Assembly (NCBI GenBank): GCA_963663235.2 | Contig: CAXXNO010000005.1 | Location: 32,001-96,000, forward strand | From: Dehalococcoidia bacterium | GTDB taxonomy: Bacteria > Chloroflexota > Dehalococcoidia > Bin125 | Direction of reading: 5' to 3' | Length of the DNA: 64,000 nt | Part shown: positions 1 to 9,952 of the stretch, one piece after another | Position numbering within the stretch: position 1 is the stretch's first letter | Layout of the letters: the number at the start of each line of letters is the position of its first letter | Program-made: the position numbers and the translations under genes | The notes under the pieces: model-generated | What the model saw: the letters and a program-made list of their open reading frames with translations, nothing else | Databases searched by the model: none | What the model was told of the DNA's origin: nothing

Positions 1-1
1 C

Positions 2-184
2 GCGATCATCCTCGATGCCACGATCGTCCGGCTCGTCCTGGTCCCGGCCGCGATGGAGCTGCTGGGCGACCGCAACTGGTACTTCCCGAGCTGGCTCGAG
101 TGGCTGCCGCGGATCCAGATCGAGGGACGCGAAGCGTTCGCCGAGCCGTCGCCGGAGATACTGGCCGGGCCTGCAGGCGACTGA
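2..184 (+). CDS. MMPL/RND family transporter, C-terminal end (partial at window edge)
   Basis: Hand translation from nt 2 gives AIILDATIVRLVLVPAAMELLGDRNWYFPSWLEWLPR...*. DATIVR..LVPA.M.LLG..NW..P.WL is the typical MMPL C-terminus. Not in the ORF track. Confidence 0.85.
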   Translation, partial: AIILDATIVRLVLVPAAMELLGDRNWYFPSWLEWLPRIQIEGREAFAEPSPEILAGPAGD

Positions 185-284
185 CTTGCCGCGCCCCCTT
201 CGCTTGGTTTCGGCCGGGGGCGTTGCTGGCAGATCCAGCGGCCTGTGGGGCACGAAAAACCCAACCGCACTGAATTCTGCGACC

Positions 285-319
285 CTGATCCGCTGATCCG
301 ACCGCGATCGGCGGATCAG
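285..319. terminator. 14-bp stem-loop downstream of the MMPL gene (possible terminator or stabiliser)
   Basis: ctgatccgctgatc-cgaccgc-gatcggcggatcag inverted repeat with one G-U pair; no clear U-tract. Confidence 0.35.
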
Positions 320-569
320 AGCCAGGTGGATGGAATAGTGGGCCACTACAAGGTTCGGGGGCCGGTCGATCAAGACGGAAAACGATTTGACACGTAGCGA
401 CTGGCACTTGCCGTCCGGCGCGTCTACGATAACTACAGCGAAACGCAAAGACTTCGAGGCTTGAGAAGTCTCCCGCCAAGCCTCGCGCGACGTTGCCACT
501 AGCGAATCCATCGAACTTGGTTCGGGCTGGCCGGGTACGTCCAGCAACGGTTATCCGGAGAGATTCTTC

Positions 570-1901
570 ATGTCATTCGATACGCTTGGCCTGCGCGCCG
601 AGCTCCTACGAGCGATCCGCGATCAAGGCTATGCCACGCCCACTCCCGTGCAGGAACGCGCAATTCCGCCGATCCTTGCGGGCCGCGATCTCATGGGCGC
701 GGCCCAGACGGGAACGGGAAAGACGGCGGCCTTCACCCTGCCATTGTTGCAACGACTGATGATCAACGACCGTAGCGGGCGGCAGCCGGTGCGCGCTTTG
801 GTAGTGGTGCCAACGCGAGAACTCGCGATGCAGGTCATGGAGAGCATTCGTATCTATGGCAAGCACCTGCCGCTGAGGATCATCGCGATCTTCGGCGGCG
901 TCGGGATCCACCCGCAGATTTCGGCTCTGCACCGAGGGGTCGATATTGTGATCGCCACGCCGGGGCGCCTGCTCGATCATGCGCGTCAGGGCACCGTGGA
1001 TCTGGCGAACGTTGAGATCTGTGTGCTGGATGAAGCCGATCGCATGCTGGACATGGGGTTCCTTCCAGATGTCCGGCGCATTTTGGCGCTGATGCCTAAG
1101 CGCCGACAGAATTTGTTGTTTGGCGCGACCCTTTCCGGCGAGATCGCAACGCTGGCCGAAGGCCTGCTACACAACCCGGAATTCGTCAACCTGACGCCCC
1201 GCAGCGTCGCGGCCGATACCGTGGAGCAGTTGGTCTACCGCGTGGACACCAAGCGGAAATCCGCCCTGCTCGCCGAACTCTTCGGGACTGAGAGGTGGGC
1301 CCAAGTGCTGGTCTTCACTCGCACGAAACATCGCGCCAACCGAGTAGCCGCGGACCTGAGAGCCGTCGGCATCAAGGCGGAGGCGATCCACGGAAACAAG
1401 AGCCAAGGCGCCCGCACCCGCGCCCTTGCCGGCTTCAAGGCCGGCCGGATGCAGGCGTTGGTTGCCACGGATCTCGCATCGCGCGGACTCGACATCAGCG
1501 GCCTGCCGCAGGTGGTGAACTTTGAACTGCCGCTCGTGCCGGAGGATTACGTGCATCGCGTCGGCCGAACCGGCCGCGCGGGCGCGGGCGGTGTGGCGGT
1601 TTCCCTGGTGTGTGCAAGCGAAAACCAACAACTACGCGCGATCGAACGGGTGCTCGGACGGAAGTTACCCGCGGAGACCATCGCTGGATTCGAGCCCGAC
1701 CCCACAATTCACCACGAGCCGATCAGGCAAGGGCAGGGTCGGCCGCCGCGATCCGGCCGCCGCCGGCAGCCAGAGTCGCATCGGCCAGGCGGCCGGTCGG
1801 AAAGCAACGGCGGCCGCGCCGGCGCCCGACGCCACCGGCGGTCGAGTAACGGATCGGGTGCGCGCGCTGCCAGCGCTCCATCACGTCAGGGACGACACTA
1901 A
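570..1901 (+). CDS. rhlE: DEAD-box RNA helicase, RhlE-like
   Basis: Q motif GYATPTPVQ, AQTGTGKT, PTRELA, TPGRL, DEAD, HRVGRTGRAG, and an Arg/Gly-rich C-terminal tail. Confidence 0.93.
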   Translation: MSFDTLGLRAELLRAIRDQGYATPTPVQERAIPPILAGRDLMGAAQTGTGKTAAFTLPLLQRLMINDRSGRQPVRALVVVPTRELAMQVMESIRIYGKHLPLRIIAIFGGVGIHPQISALHRGVDIVIATPGRLLDHARQGTVDLANVEICVLDEADRMLDMGFLPDVRRILALMPKRRQNLLFGATLSGEIATLAEGLLHNPEFVNLTPRSVAADTVEQLVYRVDTKRKSALLAELFGTERWAQVLVFTRTKHRANRVAADLRAVGIKAEAIHGNKSQGARTRALAGFKAGRMQALVATDLASRGLDISGLPQVVNFELPLVPEDYVHRVGRTGRAGAGGVAVSLVCASENQQLRAIERVLGRKLPAETIAGFEPDPTIHHEPIRQGQGRPPRSGRRRQPESHRPGGRSESNGGRAGARRHRRSSNGSGARAASAPSRQGRH

Positions 1902-1939
1902 CCGGCCTCTCGATCACCCAGACAGGCATGACCTGCCCC

Positions 1940-1957
1940 CGATTGGTCTACCAATCG
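1940..1957. promoter_or_regulatory. Palindromic operator, GntR/FadR-like (TGGT-N2-ACCA core)
   Basis: Perfect inverted repeat cgattggt-ct-accaatcg in the intergenic region upstream of pyk. Confidence 0.5.
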
Positions 1958-2211
1958 TTAAGTTCGTCCGGGCAAGAAATCAGCAGGTTACGCCAAGGTG
2001 GAGCGGGATCGAGCTCTCCCGCTGGAAACCGCTGTGGGCGGGTACCCTTGATGTCAGTGCCGACGCTTCACCCTGGGCCCAAGCGGCAAACCTTTGCGCG
2101 TGAGCTGGCTCCGTGGAGCACAAGGGGCTAGAGATGGTGAAGACCGGCCCGCCGTAGGTGGTGGGCGCGGTCGTCGGCGGCCCTACCTTCGGCCGGGTGG
2201 GAGGCGCACAG

Positions 2212-3660
2212 GTGCAACAGGCAGCTACCCCCACGTTCTCCGCGCGCTGGGGCACGAAGATCGTTGCGACCTTGGGCCCGGCCTCCGCCGCGCCCGACAC
2301 GATCCGCGGCATGGTGGAAGCCGGCCTCGACGTCGTTCGGCTCAATTTCTCCCACGGCGACCACGCGACGATGGCGCGCTGGTACGCTGACGTCCGGGCC
2401 GCGCAGAACGCGGCCGGGAAACCGCTGGCGGTCATCGCCGACCTCCAAGGCCCCAAGATCCGGCTGGGCGATCTCCCCGCGCCGCGCCCACTTCTGGCGG
2501 GATCCTCGCTGCGCATCGTCACGGATCGCGACGGCGCGCGGGACGGTGCGGTGGTGTGTGACTACGACCAGCTGCCGGCAGAGGTGAGGCCCGGCGACCG
2601 GATCTTCGTGAAGGATGGAGAGATCGAGCTGGAGGTGCACGCCGTCGAGCCCGGCGTGATCGAGACCGTGGTCGTGACGGGGGGCACTCTGACCAGCCGG
2701 GCGGGCGTGAACGTGCCCGGCATCTCGCTCCGGGTGGAGGCGATCACCGCGAAAGATCGGGAGGATATCCGCTTCGCCTGCAAGCTCGGGGTGGACTACC
2801 TCGCCCTCTCGTTCGTGCGCAGCGCGGTGGATGTCGTGATGGCCCGGGAGATTGTCGAGGAGATAGGCGCGGACGTGGGAATCCTCGCCAAGATCGAGAC
2901 TGCGCTTGCGCTGGAGCGGCTCGACGCGATCGTAGAGGCGGCCGATGGAGTGATGGTCGCGCGCGGCGACTTGGGTGTCGAGGTCGGGCCGGAGAACGTG
3001 CCGATCTGGCAGCGCCGGATCATCCAGGCGGCCGGGCGGAAGTTGGTGCCCGTGATTACGGCGACGCAGATGCTGGAGAGCATGGTCGAGAACGCGCGGC
3101 CGACGCGCGCGGAGGCGAGCGACGTGGCCAACGCAGTCTGGGACGGCACCGACGCGGTGATGCTCTCGGCCGAGACGGCGGTCGGCGCCCATCCGGTGGA
3201 GAGCGTCGCCATGATGGCGCGCATCATCACCCGCGCGGAGGCCGAGGATGCGGGGCGTATGCCGCGCTTCATGGCGCCGGAGTGGGCGGCGGACCCGTCG
3301 CGCAACATCAGTCTGGCCACGCGCGATATCATCGACCGTAAGGCCGACGTGCGCGGAGTGATCGCGTTCACGATGGGCGGCTACACCGCTCGGCTGGTCG
3401 CGAAGGACCGCATGCCCGTTCCGGTGGTGGTGCTCGCGGCGGACGCCCGAGTGGAGCAGAGGGCCGCTCTCCTCTGGGGCGTGCGGCCGGTGCGCTGCCC
3501 TCCCCCGCAGACCTTTGAGGAGATGCTCGCTGCCGTGGAGCGGTCGGCGCGCGATGTGCTGGGCTGCGATACCGGCGACACCGTGGTGGTGGTCGCCGGG
3601 CTACCTCTGGGCCAAGGCGTGCCCACCAACTTCCTCAAGCTCCATACCCTGGCCGGCTAG
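2212..3660 (+). CDS. pyk: Pyruvate kinase
   Basis: TKIVATLGPAS, RLNFSHG, DLQGPKIR, AKIE, MVARGDLGVE, ATQMLESM, DAVMLSAETA. Start set at GTG 2212, downstream of GGAGG. Confidence 0.96.
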   Translation: MQQAATPTFSARWGTKIVATLGPASAAPDTIRGMVEAGLDVVRLNFSHGDHATMARWYADVRAAQNAAGKPLAVIADLQGPKIRLGDLPAPRPLLAGSSLRIVTDRDGARDGAVVCDYDQLPAEVRPGDRIFVKDGEIELEVHAVEPGVIETVVVTGGTLTSRAGVNVPGISLRVEAITAKDREDIRFACKLGVDYLALSFVRSAVDVVMAREIVEEIGADVGILAKIETALALERLDAIVEAADGVMVARGDLGVEVGPENVPIWQRRIIQAAGRKLVPVITATQMLESMVENARPTRAEASDVANAVWDGTDAVMLSAETAVGAHPVESVAMMARIITRAEAEDAGRMPRFMAPEWAADPSRNISLATRDIIDRKADVRGVIAFTMGGYTARLVAKDRMPVPVVVLAADARVEQRAALLWGVRPVRCPPPQTFEEMLAAVERSARDVLGCDTGDTVVVVAGLPLGQGVPTNFLKLHTLAG

Positions 3661-4020
3661 GGCACGCGGACGGACAAACTGGAATAGTCCGCCCCGCTCG
3701 GTGCCACTGCGGTCTACGCAGTGGCTGGCATCTACGTCGAGACGCCGATTCGCGGTCCGGCACGCCGCTTCTCCGACGCACCCCCATCCGTCCCATCCGC
3801 GATGGGTCGTCCGCCCCATGCCCTCGACACGCATCCCACCGATGCTCCGTTTCGAAGCACGCGCTGCGAAAGGGAGATGCGCGCCATGACTATGCGACAC
3901 AGCGCCCCGCAAGTTCGCACACTCACAATCTTCACAGGTGGAGGCGTGCGACCTGAGCCTGCTGCCGCGCACGACGGCGCGCGGCCGAATAGCGGCGGAT
4001 CTTCGTAACGGGAGATCGAG

Positions 4021-5436
4021 ATGGCAGCATCTTCAGACGATCCTGACCGTACCTGGTCCGATCTGGCGGACCTTGACGAGGCCGCGCGGGAAAGCGCGAT
4101 GCGGGAGCGTTTCCTCACGCTCCTTGTCCTGGCCCCGGAGGAGCGCCGGGACGCGCTGCGTCGCATGATCCTCGCGGAGTATCGGCTCGGCCCCCTGCGG
4201 CTCGTCCCCTTCATCCACAGCCGTCTTGGGGTCTGGCTCACCTTGAATGGCGACGCCGCCGGGACGCTAGCCGACGACTACGCCGCTCTCACCCGAGAGC
4301 TCCCGGAGTTGGTGGCCGAGCGACGGTCGAGCGCTGATGCGCTGGCCTGGCGCCGGCTCTCACCCGACCAGCGAGCCGCGCTGCAAACGCGGCTCCCGGC
4401 CGTGACCGCGCAGATGCAGCCGCAGCCAACAGCCGGCGCCTTCGAGACCGCGGCCTATCGACGCGATGAGGTTGCGACGGTCGCATCCGCAGGCGCCCGC
4501 GAGGCCGGTGCGCCTCAACCAGGCGCTCCGACGCGGAGACGTTGGCGGGCTGTCGCCCGCGTCGTCGAACTGTCCAACCGCATGACTGCGCGGGTATGGG
4601 ACGCACAGCTCTTGCTCGTCGAGCGGCTGCGTCTGTTCTGGAACAGGGCCATGCGCACGACGCGCTTTGTCACCTACGACGCTCCGCGCTGGCTCTTCGT
4701 CACACTGCCGCTCCAAGGCTGGGACGCCGTCCGCCAGTTCACGCGCTGGCTCTTCCTCACGCTGCCGCGCGAGGCCTGGGCCGCCGCGCGCTGGTTCGCC
4801 CGCTCGCTCTTCGTCACGCTGCCGCTCCAAGGCTGGGCCGCCGCGCGCTGGTTCGCCCGCTGGCTGTTCGTGACGCTGCCTCGGCGCGCCTGGGCCGCCG
4901 CCCGCCGGTTCCTGCGCTGGCTGTTCGTGACGCTGATCCAGCAGGCCTGGGCCGCCGCCCGGCGGTTCCTGAGCTGGCTGTTCGTGACGCTGCCTCGGCG
5001 CACCTGGGCCGCCGCCCGCCGGTTCCTGCGCTGGCTGTTCGTGACGCTGATCCAGCAGGCCTGGGCCGCCGCCCGGCGGTTCCTGCGCTGGCTCTTCGTG
5101 ACCCTGCCGCGGGAGATCGCGGACGAGATCGCCGGCTACCTGCGCTGGCTCTTGGTGACGCTGCCGCGGGAGGTCTGGAAGGCGGCCTGCCGGTTCCCGC
5201 GCTGGCTCTTCGTGACCCTGCAGCGCGAGGTCTGGGACGCTGTCCGCTCCTTCGTGCGCTGGCTGGGCGAACTCGTCCGCACGTTCAAAGAGGAAATCAT
5301 GAGAGTGCTGAAAGATTGGTGGGAGCGGCTCGGCGATCTGCTCACCTGGGCGCTTGCCCTGCTGATTACCCCCTTCACCGCCGCGTGGCTCTTGCTGCGG
5401 GGTGCCTCCCGCCGAATCATCGGCCCGCTCGACTAA
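4021..5436 (+). CDS. Hypothetical protein: helical N-domain, ten 19-aa Trp/Arg-rich repeats, C-terminal hydrophobic helix
   Basis: GGAG RBS before ATG; 471-aa ORF; repeat consensus RWLFVTLPRxAWAAARRFL; ends LLTWALALLITPFTAAWLLL. Confidence 0.75.
   Translation: MAASSDDPDRTWSDLADLDEAARESAMRERFLTLLVLAPEERRDALRRMILAEYRLGPLRLVPFIHSRLGVWLTLNGDAAGTLADDYAALTRELPELVAERRSSADALAWRRLSPDQRAALQTRLPAVTAQMQPQPTAGAFETAAYRRDEVATVASAGAREAGAPQPGAPTRRRWRAVARVVELSNRMTARVWDAQLLLVERLRLFWNRAMRTTRFVTYDAPRWLFVTLPLQGWDAVRQFTRWLFLTLPREAWAAARWFARSLFVTLPLQGWAAARWFARWLFVTLPRRAWAAARRFLRWLFVTLIQQAWAAARRFLSWLFVTLPRRTWAAARRFLRWLFVTLIQQAWAAARRFLRWLFVTLPREIADEIAGYLRWLLVTLPREVWKAACRFPRWLFVTLQREVWDAVRSFVRWLGELVRTFKEEIMRVLKDWWERLGDLLTWALALLITPFTAAWLLLRGASRRIIGPLD
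4687..5256 (+). repeat. Coding tandem repeat, 10 x 57 bp
   Basis: Units begin (c/a)gc tgg/tcg ct(c/g) tt. every 57 nt from 4687 to 5256. Central units alternate PRR/IQQ, giving a 114-bp higher-order repeat. Confidence 0.92.
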
Positions 5437-5607
5437 CCGGCGCCGCCGATGCTCCGACCGGCGAGGGCGCCTAACCGCCGACGTGCGTGAGACCGTGCGC
5501 ATCGACTTTGGAGTTGGCGGGCCGATGCCTGTAGACTTCTCGGCTGAGGAAGCGCGGCGCTCTCAGCACCGCGCTGGCGCGTTCTTGCTCACAAGGAGGA
5601 CGAGGTA

Positions 5608-7410
5608 ATGGCGGCGACTAGCAAAGCAACGGCCCGAGTTGACCCGATCACCATCGAGGTGCTGCGCAGCGCCTTCATCGCGACCTGCAACGAGATGGCT
5701 CTCACCGTCGCCAAGACCGCCTATTCCACCCCGGTCAACGAAGGTCACGACTTCGCCACCGGCCTGTACGACAGTCACGGCAACCTCGTCTCACAGGGCG
5801 AGTTCGACCTGCCTGCGTTCGTGGGCCTCACGTTGCTCACTGTGCCGGAGGTCATGCGGCAGATCGGACCGGAGAACATCGAGCCCGGCGATATCTACAT
5901 TATCAACGACCCCTACGTGGCGACGACCCACTGCAACGATATTCACTTCATCAAGCCGATCTTCCACGGCGGTGAGCTGGTGGCCTTCACTTCATCCACC
6001 GCGCACTGGTCCGACGTGGGCGGCGTGGCGCCGGGGACGCTGAACACCGCGGCGCGCAGCCACTACGAGGAGGGGATGCGCATCCCCGCCGTCTCGCTGT
6101 ACAAGCGTGGGGTGTTCAACGAAGACATCGTCGCCCTGTTGCTGGTCAACATGCGCCAATCGTGGGAGCGGATCGGCGATCTCAACGCCCAAATTGCGTC
6201 GGTCAAGGTCGGCGAGCAGCGGATCTTGAAACTGATCGACAAACACGGCGTGGAGGCGGTGCTGGCCACGATGGACGTGGTGCAGGACCACTCGGAGCGG
6301 CTGGCGCGCGCCGCCTTCGCCGGCCTGCCGGACGGGGTCTACGACGCCGAGGACAGCGTCGACCAGGATCAATACACCGGCCAACCCAAGACGATCCGGC
6401 TTACGCTGACGATCGAGGGCGATCACGCCATCTTCGATTACAGGAAGAGTGACGGCCCCGCGCTCTCCGGCATCAACGGGACGATCGCGGGGACAACGTC
6501 GGGCACCTTCATCGCCATCGCCTCCATCTTGCCGCCGATGCCGATGAACGCCGGAGTGATGCGTGCCATCGAGATCAAGGCGAAGCGAGGGTCGATCGTC
6601 TGGGCGGAGCCACCGGTCGCTGTCTCCGTGATGACGATTACGGTCATGGACTGTGTGATCGGGTCGGCCACGCTGGCGCTGGGGCAAGCATTGCCCGAGC
6701 GCGCGGTCGGGATGGCGTCGGCGATCCTCAACTCGACCTACGCGGGAAACGACGACCGGCCGGGCTTTCAGGCGCCCTTCATCAACTACAGCTGGTCCTT
6801 CGGCGGAATGGGCGGGGCGCCCACGCACGACGGCCCCAATTCCACGGCGCCCCCGTTCGGCGCCAGCGTGTCGAACATTCCCAGTGAACTGCAAGAGCGC
6901 CGCTACCCAGTCTTGTACCGGCGCTCCAACCTCCTGGCCGATTCCGGCGGGCCGGGAGAGTCTCGAGGCGGCGCGGCCCTCAATACCATCGTCGAGTTCC
7001 CGTTCAAGGAAGTGAGCGGGGCCGGACTTTCGACGCTGGGCAATCGCGAACTCTTTGGACCGCCCGGGATCTTCGGAGGAGGAGTCGGCCAGGTCGCGCG
7101 CTTGTCGCTCAACGACGGGACCGAGAACGAACGGCACTTGGGCACGACGTCCACGAACGCGCCGGTGCAGCATGGCGATGTCTTGACCTTCCGCACGAAC
7201 GGGGGCGGCGGCCACGGCGATCCGCTCCAGCGGTCGCCCGAGCGCGTCCTGGAGGACATCAAGGACGACTACGCCACGATCGCAGGAGCGCGCGAGCAGT
7301 ACGGCGTTGTGGTGAAAGAGATCGACCGCCGTGCGCTGGTCTACGAGGTAGACGAGGCGGCGACGGCGAAGATGCGCGCCGGGATGCGCGCCGTTCGCGG
7401 CGCACGCTGA
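5608..7410 (+). CDS. Hydantoinase B/oxoprolinase family protein (clade I)
   Basis: DPITIEV, NDPYxxxTHCND, AHWSDVGG, EEG, DSGGPGESRGG, GGGGHGDP; GAGG RBS. Confidence 0.92.
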   Translation: MAATSKATARVDPITIEVLRSAFIATCNEMALTVAKTAYSTPVNEGHDFATGLYDSHGNLVSQGEFDLPAFVGLTLLTVPEVMRQIGPENIEPGDIYIINDPYVATTHCNDIHFIKPIFHGGELVAFTSSTAHWSDVGGVAPGTLNTAARSHYEEGMRIPAVSLYKRGVFNEDIVALLLVNMRQSWERIGDLNAQIASVKVGEQRILKLIDKHGVEAVLATMDVVQDHSERLARAAFAGLPDGVYDAEDSVDQDQYTGQPKTIRLTLTIEGDHAIFDYRKSDGPALSGINGTIAGTTSGTFIAIASILPPMPMNAGVMRAIEIKAKRGSIVWAEPPVAVSVMTITVMDCVIGSATLALGQALPERAVGMASAILNSTYAGNDDRPGFQAPFINYSWSFGGMGGAPTHDGPNSTAPPFGASVSNIPSELQERRYPVLYRRSNLLADSGGPGESRGGAALNTIVEFPFKEVSGAGLSTLGNRELFGPPGIFGGGVGQVARLSLNDGTENERHLGTTSTNAPVQHGDVLTFRTNGGGGHGDPLQRSPERVLEDIKDDYATIAGAREQYGVVVKEIDRRALVYEVDEAATAKMRAGMRAVRGAR

Positions 7411-7444
7411 GGTGGGCTCTGAGATGATCGCTTCGCGAACCAGC

Positions 7445-9254
7445 CTAGCGGCCGCCTGATCCGGACAGCACTTCGATACGGACCGAAAGTCGTCCCTCCG
7501 TCAGGTCACCGATCTGCTCGAACGCGGCTTCGGAGAGATCTACATCGTTCGGCGGCAGCAAGCCTCCGTCTCGCACGACGACGTCGACGAACCGGTCGCC
7601 CCGCCACACCCTGAGGCGCGTGCCACATGGCCAACTCGTCGCGGCCGCGATGGCGGGATCGCGACGATCGTACGTCCCGCCGCAAAACATCGGGTCCCCG
7701 TGCAATGTCGGATGATAGAACGTCGCTTCGCCATCGACGGTGTCGCCGCCGGGGAAGACGGCGATAAAGTCCGCGCTCACCCAGCCCACCGCGCCGCCGA
7801 CACGGACGTGGAGCCACTCGCGGCCGATCGTATCGCGCGCGGTCTCTCCCGTGGGCTCCACGGGAGTCCCGACACGCAGGCACGCCAGCGGCGGAGCGTC
7901 CACGGTCGTGGGCGCCGGCCGGAGGTGCAGGCACCCGGGTCCCAGGACCCGAGCCTGCACCCCATCCGGGATGGGGCTCGATGCTGGCCGCGACTCCCAA
8001 ACGGTTGCCCGCTGTACCTGCACCCACACGGCTTGCCCGATCTCGAGTCTCGTCAGATCGTTGAGCAACCGTGGACCATCGGGGCGGTAGCTGCGGTAGC
8101 GTTGAGTCGGCGCGTCCAACGCGTAGACGCCGATCAACGTCTCAGCCAGCGCGACCGTCGCCTCCTCGATTGACGTCCCGGCTCCGGTCCACGTGACAAG
8201 GTTGAAGCCTTCGGCCAGTGGCGTTGCGCGCGGCTCCCCAAGCGGCGGGAGCGTCCAGCGCACACCATCCTCGGCTGTGACGTGGACGAGCAGACCGGTA
8301 GCGGGCTGAAGTGCGGGGAGTGTACTTACGATGGCGGGGGCGTCCGGCGCATGGCGCCGGAAGTCCTGCAGCGCGGCGTCGTAGCTCATGATGACGTCGA
8401 CGCCCTCGCCAATCTGTGCCATCAGCGCCTCTAGCGCCGTGCCGTCGGTCCACCCCACCGCGTTCCAGCCGGGATAGAGGTACTGGGACGTCGGGCGCAC
8501 CCGCTCGGCGTCGAGGTCGTCTCCGGCGTTGGTCTCGTCCGGGGTCGGAGTCACCCCCCCGGACTCGCCCGTAGGCGCCGTCGGACTCGCCGCGTGATTC
8601 GTCGATACGAATGTCTCCCCCGCGTAGGCGTTGAACGTGTCGGTCGGCAGCAGCTGGCGCCCGTCCAGCGCGTAGGCGCCTGTCAGCGGGATGGTAGCCC
8701 GCAACTGACCCGCGCCCTCGGTGCGATGGACGGGCCAAATGGAGGTGAGCGAGCCCGTTGTTCTCGGCCATGCCCGCGGGCGCCATCGTGCCGATTCGTT
8801 GGCCCTGTGCAACAGACGCTCCCACCTGAAGACCCGGTAATGGGAATAGGTGACAGAGCAAGACGGCCAAGCCATCGTCGCTGCCAATCGTGAGGCAGCT
8901 CGGCGATAACCAGGCGATGGCGCCGCCCTGAGGTGCGAGCACGGGCGTGCCGGCTGTGAGTGCATCGTCTCGAACGAGATCGATCGCGTAGGGATCTTCA
9001 TCAGTGTGTGTCGCAGTGTTGTAGCCGGCGACGATGCGCCACACGGACTCAGGAGGCGCGGGAAAAAGAAATCGACCGTGGTCTGCGCGCACCGGTGCGG
9101 CCCATTCGAAAGTCGCGAGGCACGTCAGGATCACGGCGACCATCAGCGCGTACCGAAACCGCCAGCCTGAGGCGCGAGCGCGGCTCGGAACGATTCGCCA
9201 CGTGCGCCATCGCACGCCCCGCGGTCGCGTTGGGACCGGAGTCGGAACGCGCAT
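7445..9254 (-). CDS. Secreted multidomain cell-wall protein: M23-like peptidase, two unknown beta-domains, SH3-like domain, RlpA-like DPBB; frameshift at about 8733
   Basis: Joins ORF 8142..9254 (signal peptide, H..D-like HTDEDPYAID, HLHL) to ORF 7445..9001 (LHLR..P/WLHV..GWVSADF, GEATFY..CG..AA..WPCGT..V.DGG..DLSEAAF) by removing one base at ggg 8732-8734. Start uncertain. Confidence 0.7.
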
Positions 9255-9559
9255 GGCTATAGTCGCCTACCGCTTGTCTGCCTTGAACTCTGCACGTTGC
9301 GCCATTCGTCCTGTCCTATACGACAAGGGACAGGGCCTCATGTGACGGGAGCACGGGGTTCGGGCTGCGGCAGACGGAGCGCAAGGCGGGGCGTCTCGAG
9401 GAGGGCGTGCACTGGCGCCGACCCCTGTGTGGATCATTCGGGCCTCCAGCGAGGCTGGTGCTGCCCTGGGACGCCGGCCCCGCGGACTATCTGCTCCAGG
9501 GCCGGTACGAGGTGAACCCTCTACCCCGACGATGACGCTGATGGAGTCACCGTCGATTT

Positions 9560-9730
9560 GTGTGCAGGCGTGCGCGACCTGGCGGACGTGGCGGAGTCAT
9601 TCAACATCATCGCGAATTCACGAGACGCTGTTGCGGCGACGGTCTACAGTCGGGAGGAGGAAGGGAAGATACTTACTTCCGAGACAAGAAGTGGCGAGTT
9701 CACGGATGTCGAGACCGGCACGACTCGGAT
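9560..9730 (+). pseudogene. Relic resembling the C-terminus of a DUF3179-family protein
   Basis: SRDAVAATVYSREEEGKILTSETRSGEFTDVETGTTR resembles the recalled 'VYSR.L.G..LTF......F.D.ETG..W' pattern; no intact start or N-terminus. Confidence 0.4.
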
Positions 9731-9952
9731 GAGCGCCGGCCGCGCAGCAATGGGTCCTCTGGGTGGCGCGCAGCCGCAGCAGTGCTTCGTGGCGCCTCGT
9801 TCTGCCTCGCCTGAGTCCCGTCCCAGCCTCGTTGATGGCGCTCCCCTGTCCGAATACCGAGGGCCTGCACGTTGGCCTCGCGAATGTTCGCGCGGCCTTG
9901 CGCAGGGCGTCCGGTCGGCCCGGCGCTCGATCGCCATGCGCGGGCTCTGGGC

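Noticed and set aside
2084-2130. GGCAAACC as a c-di-GMP-I riboswitch
   Set aside because: The GNRA loop and GACGCAAAG receptor elements and the P1 context are missing
3721-4008. ORF starting MAGIYVETPIRG
   Set aside because: Only the first dozen residues look protein-like; possibly a tiny relic, but not supportable
4687-5256. 57-bp periodic array as a CRISPR
   Set aside because: No unique spacers, the period is a multiple of 3 within an open frame, variation is codon-like, and there are no cas genes
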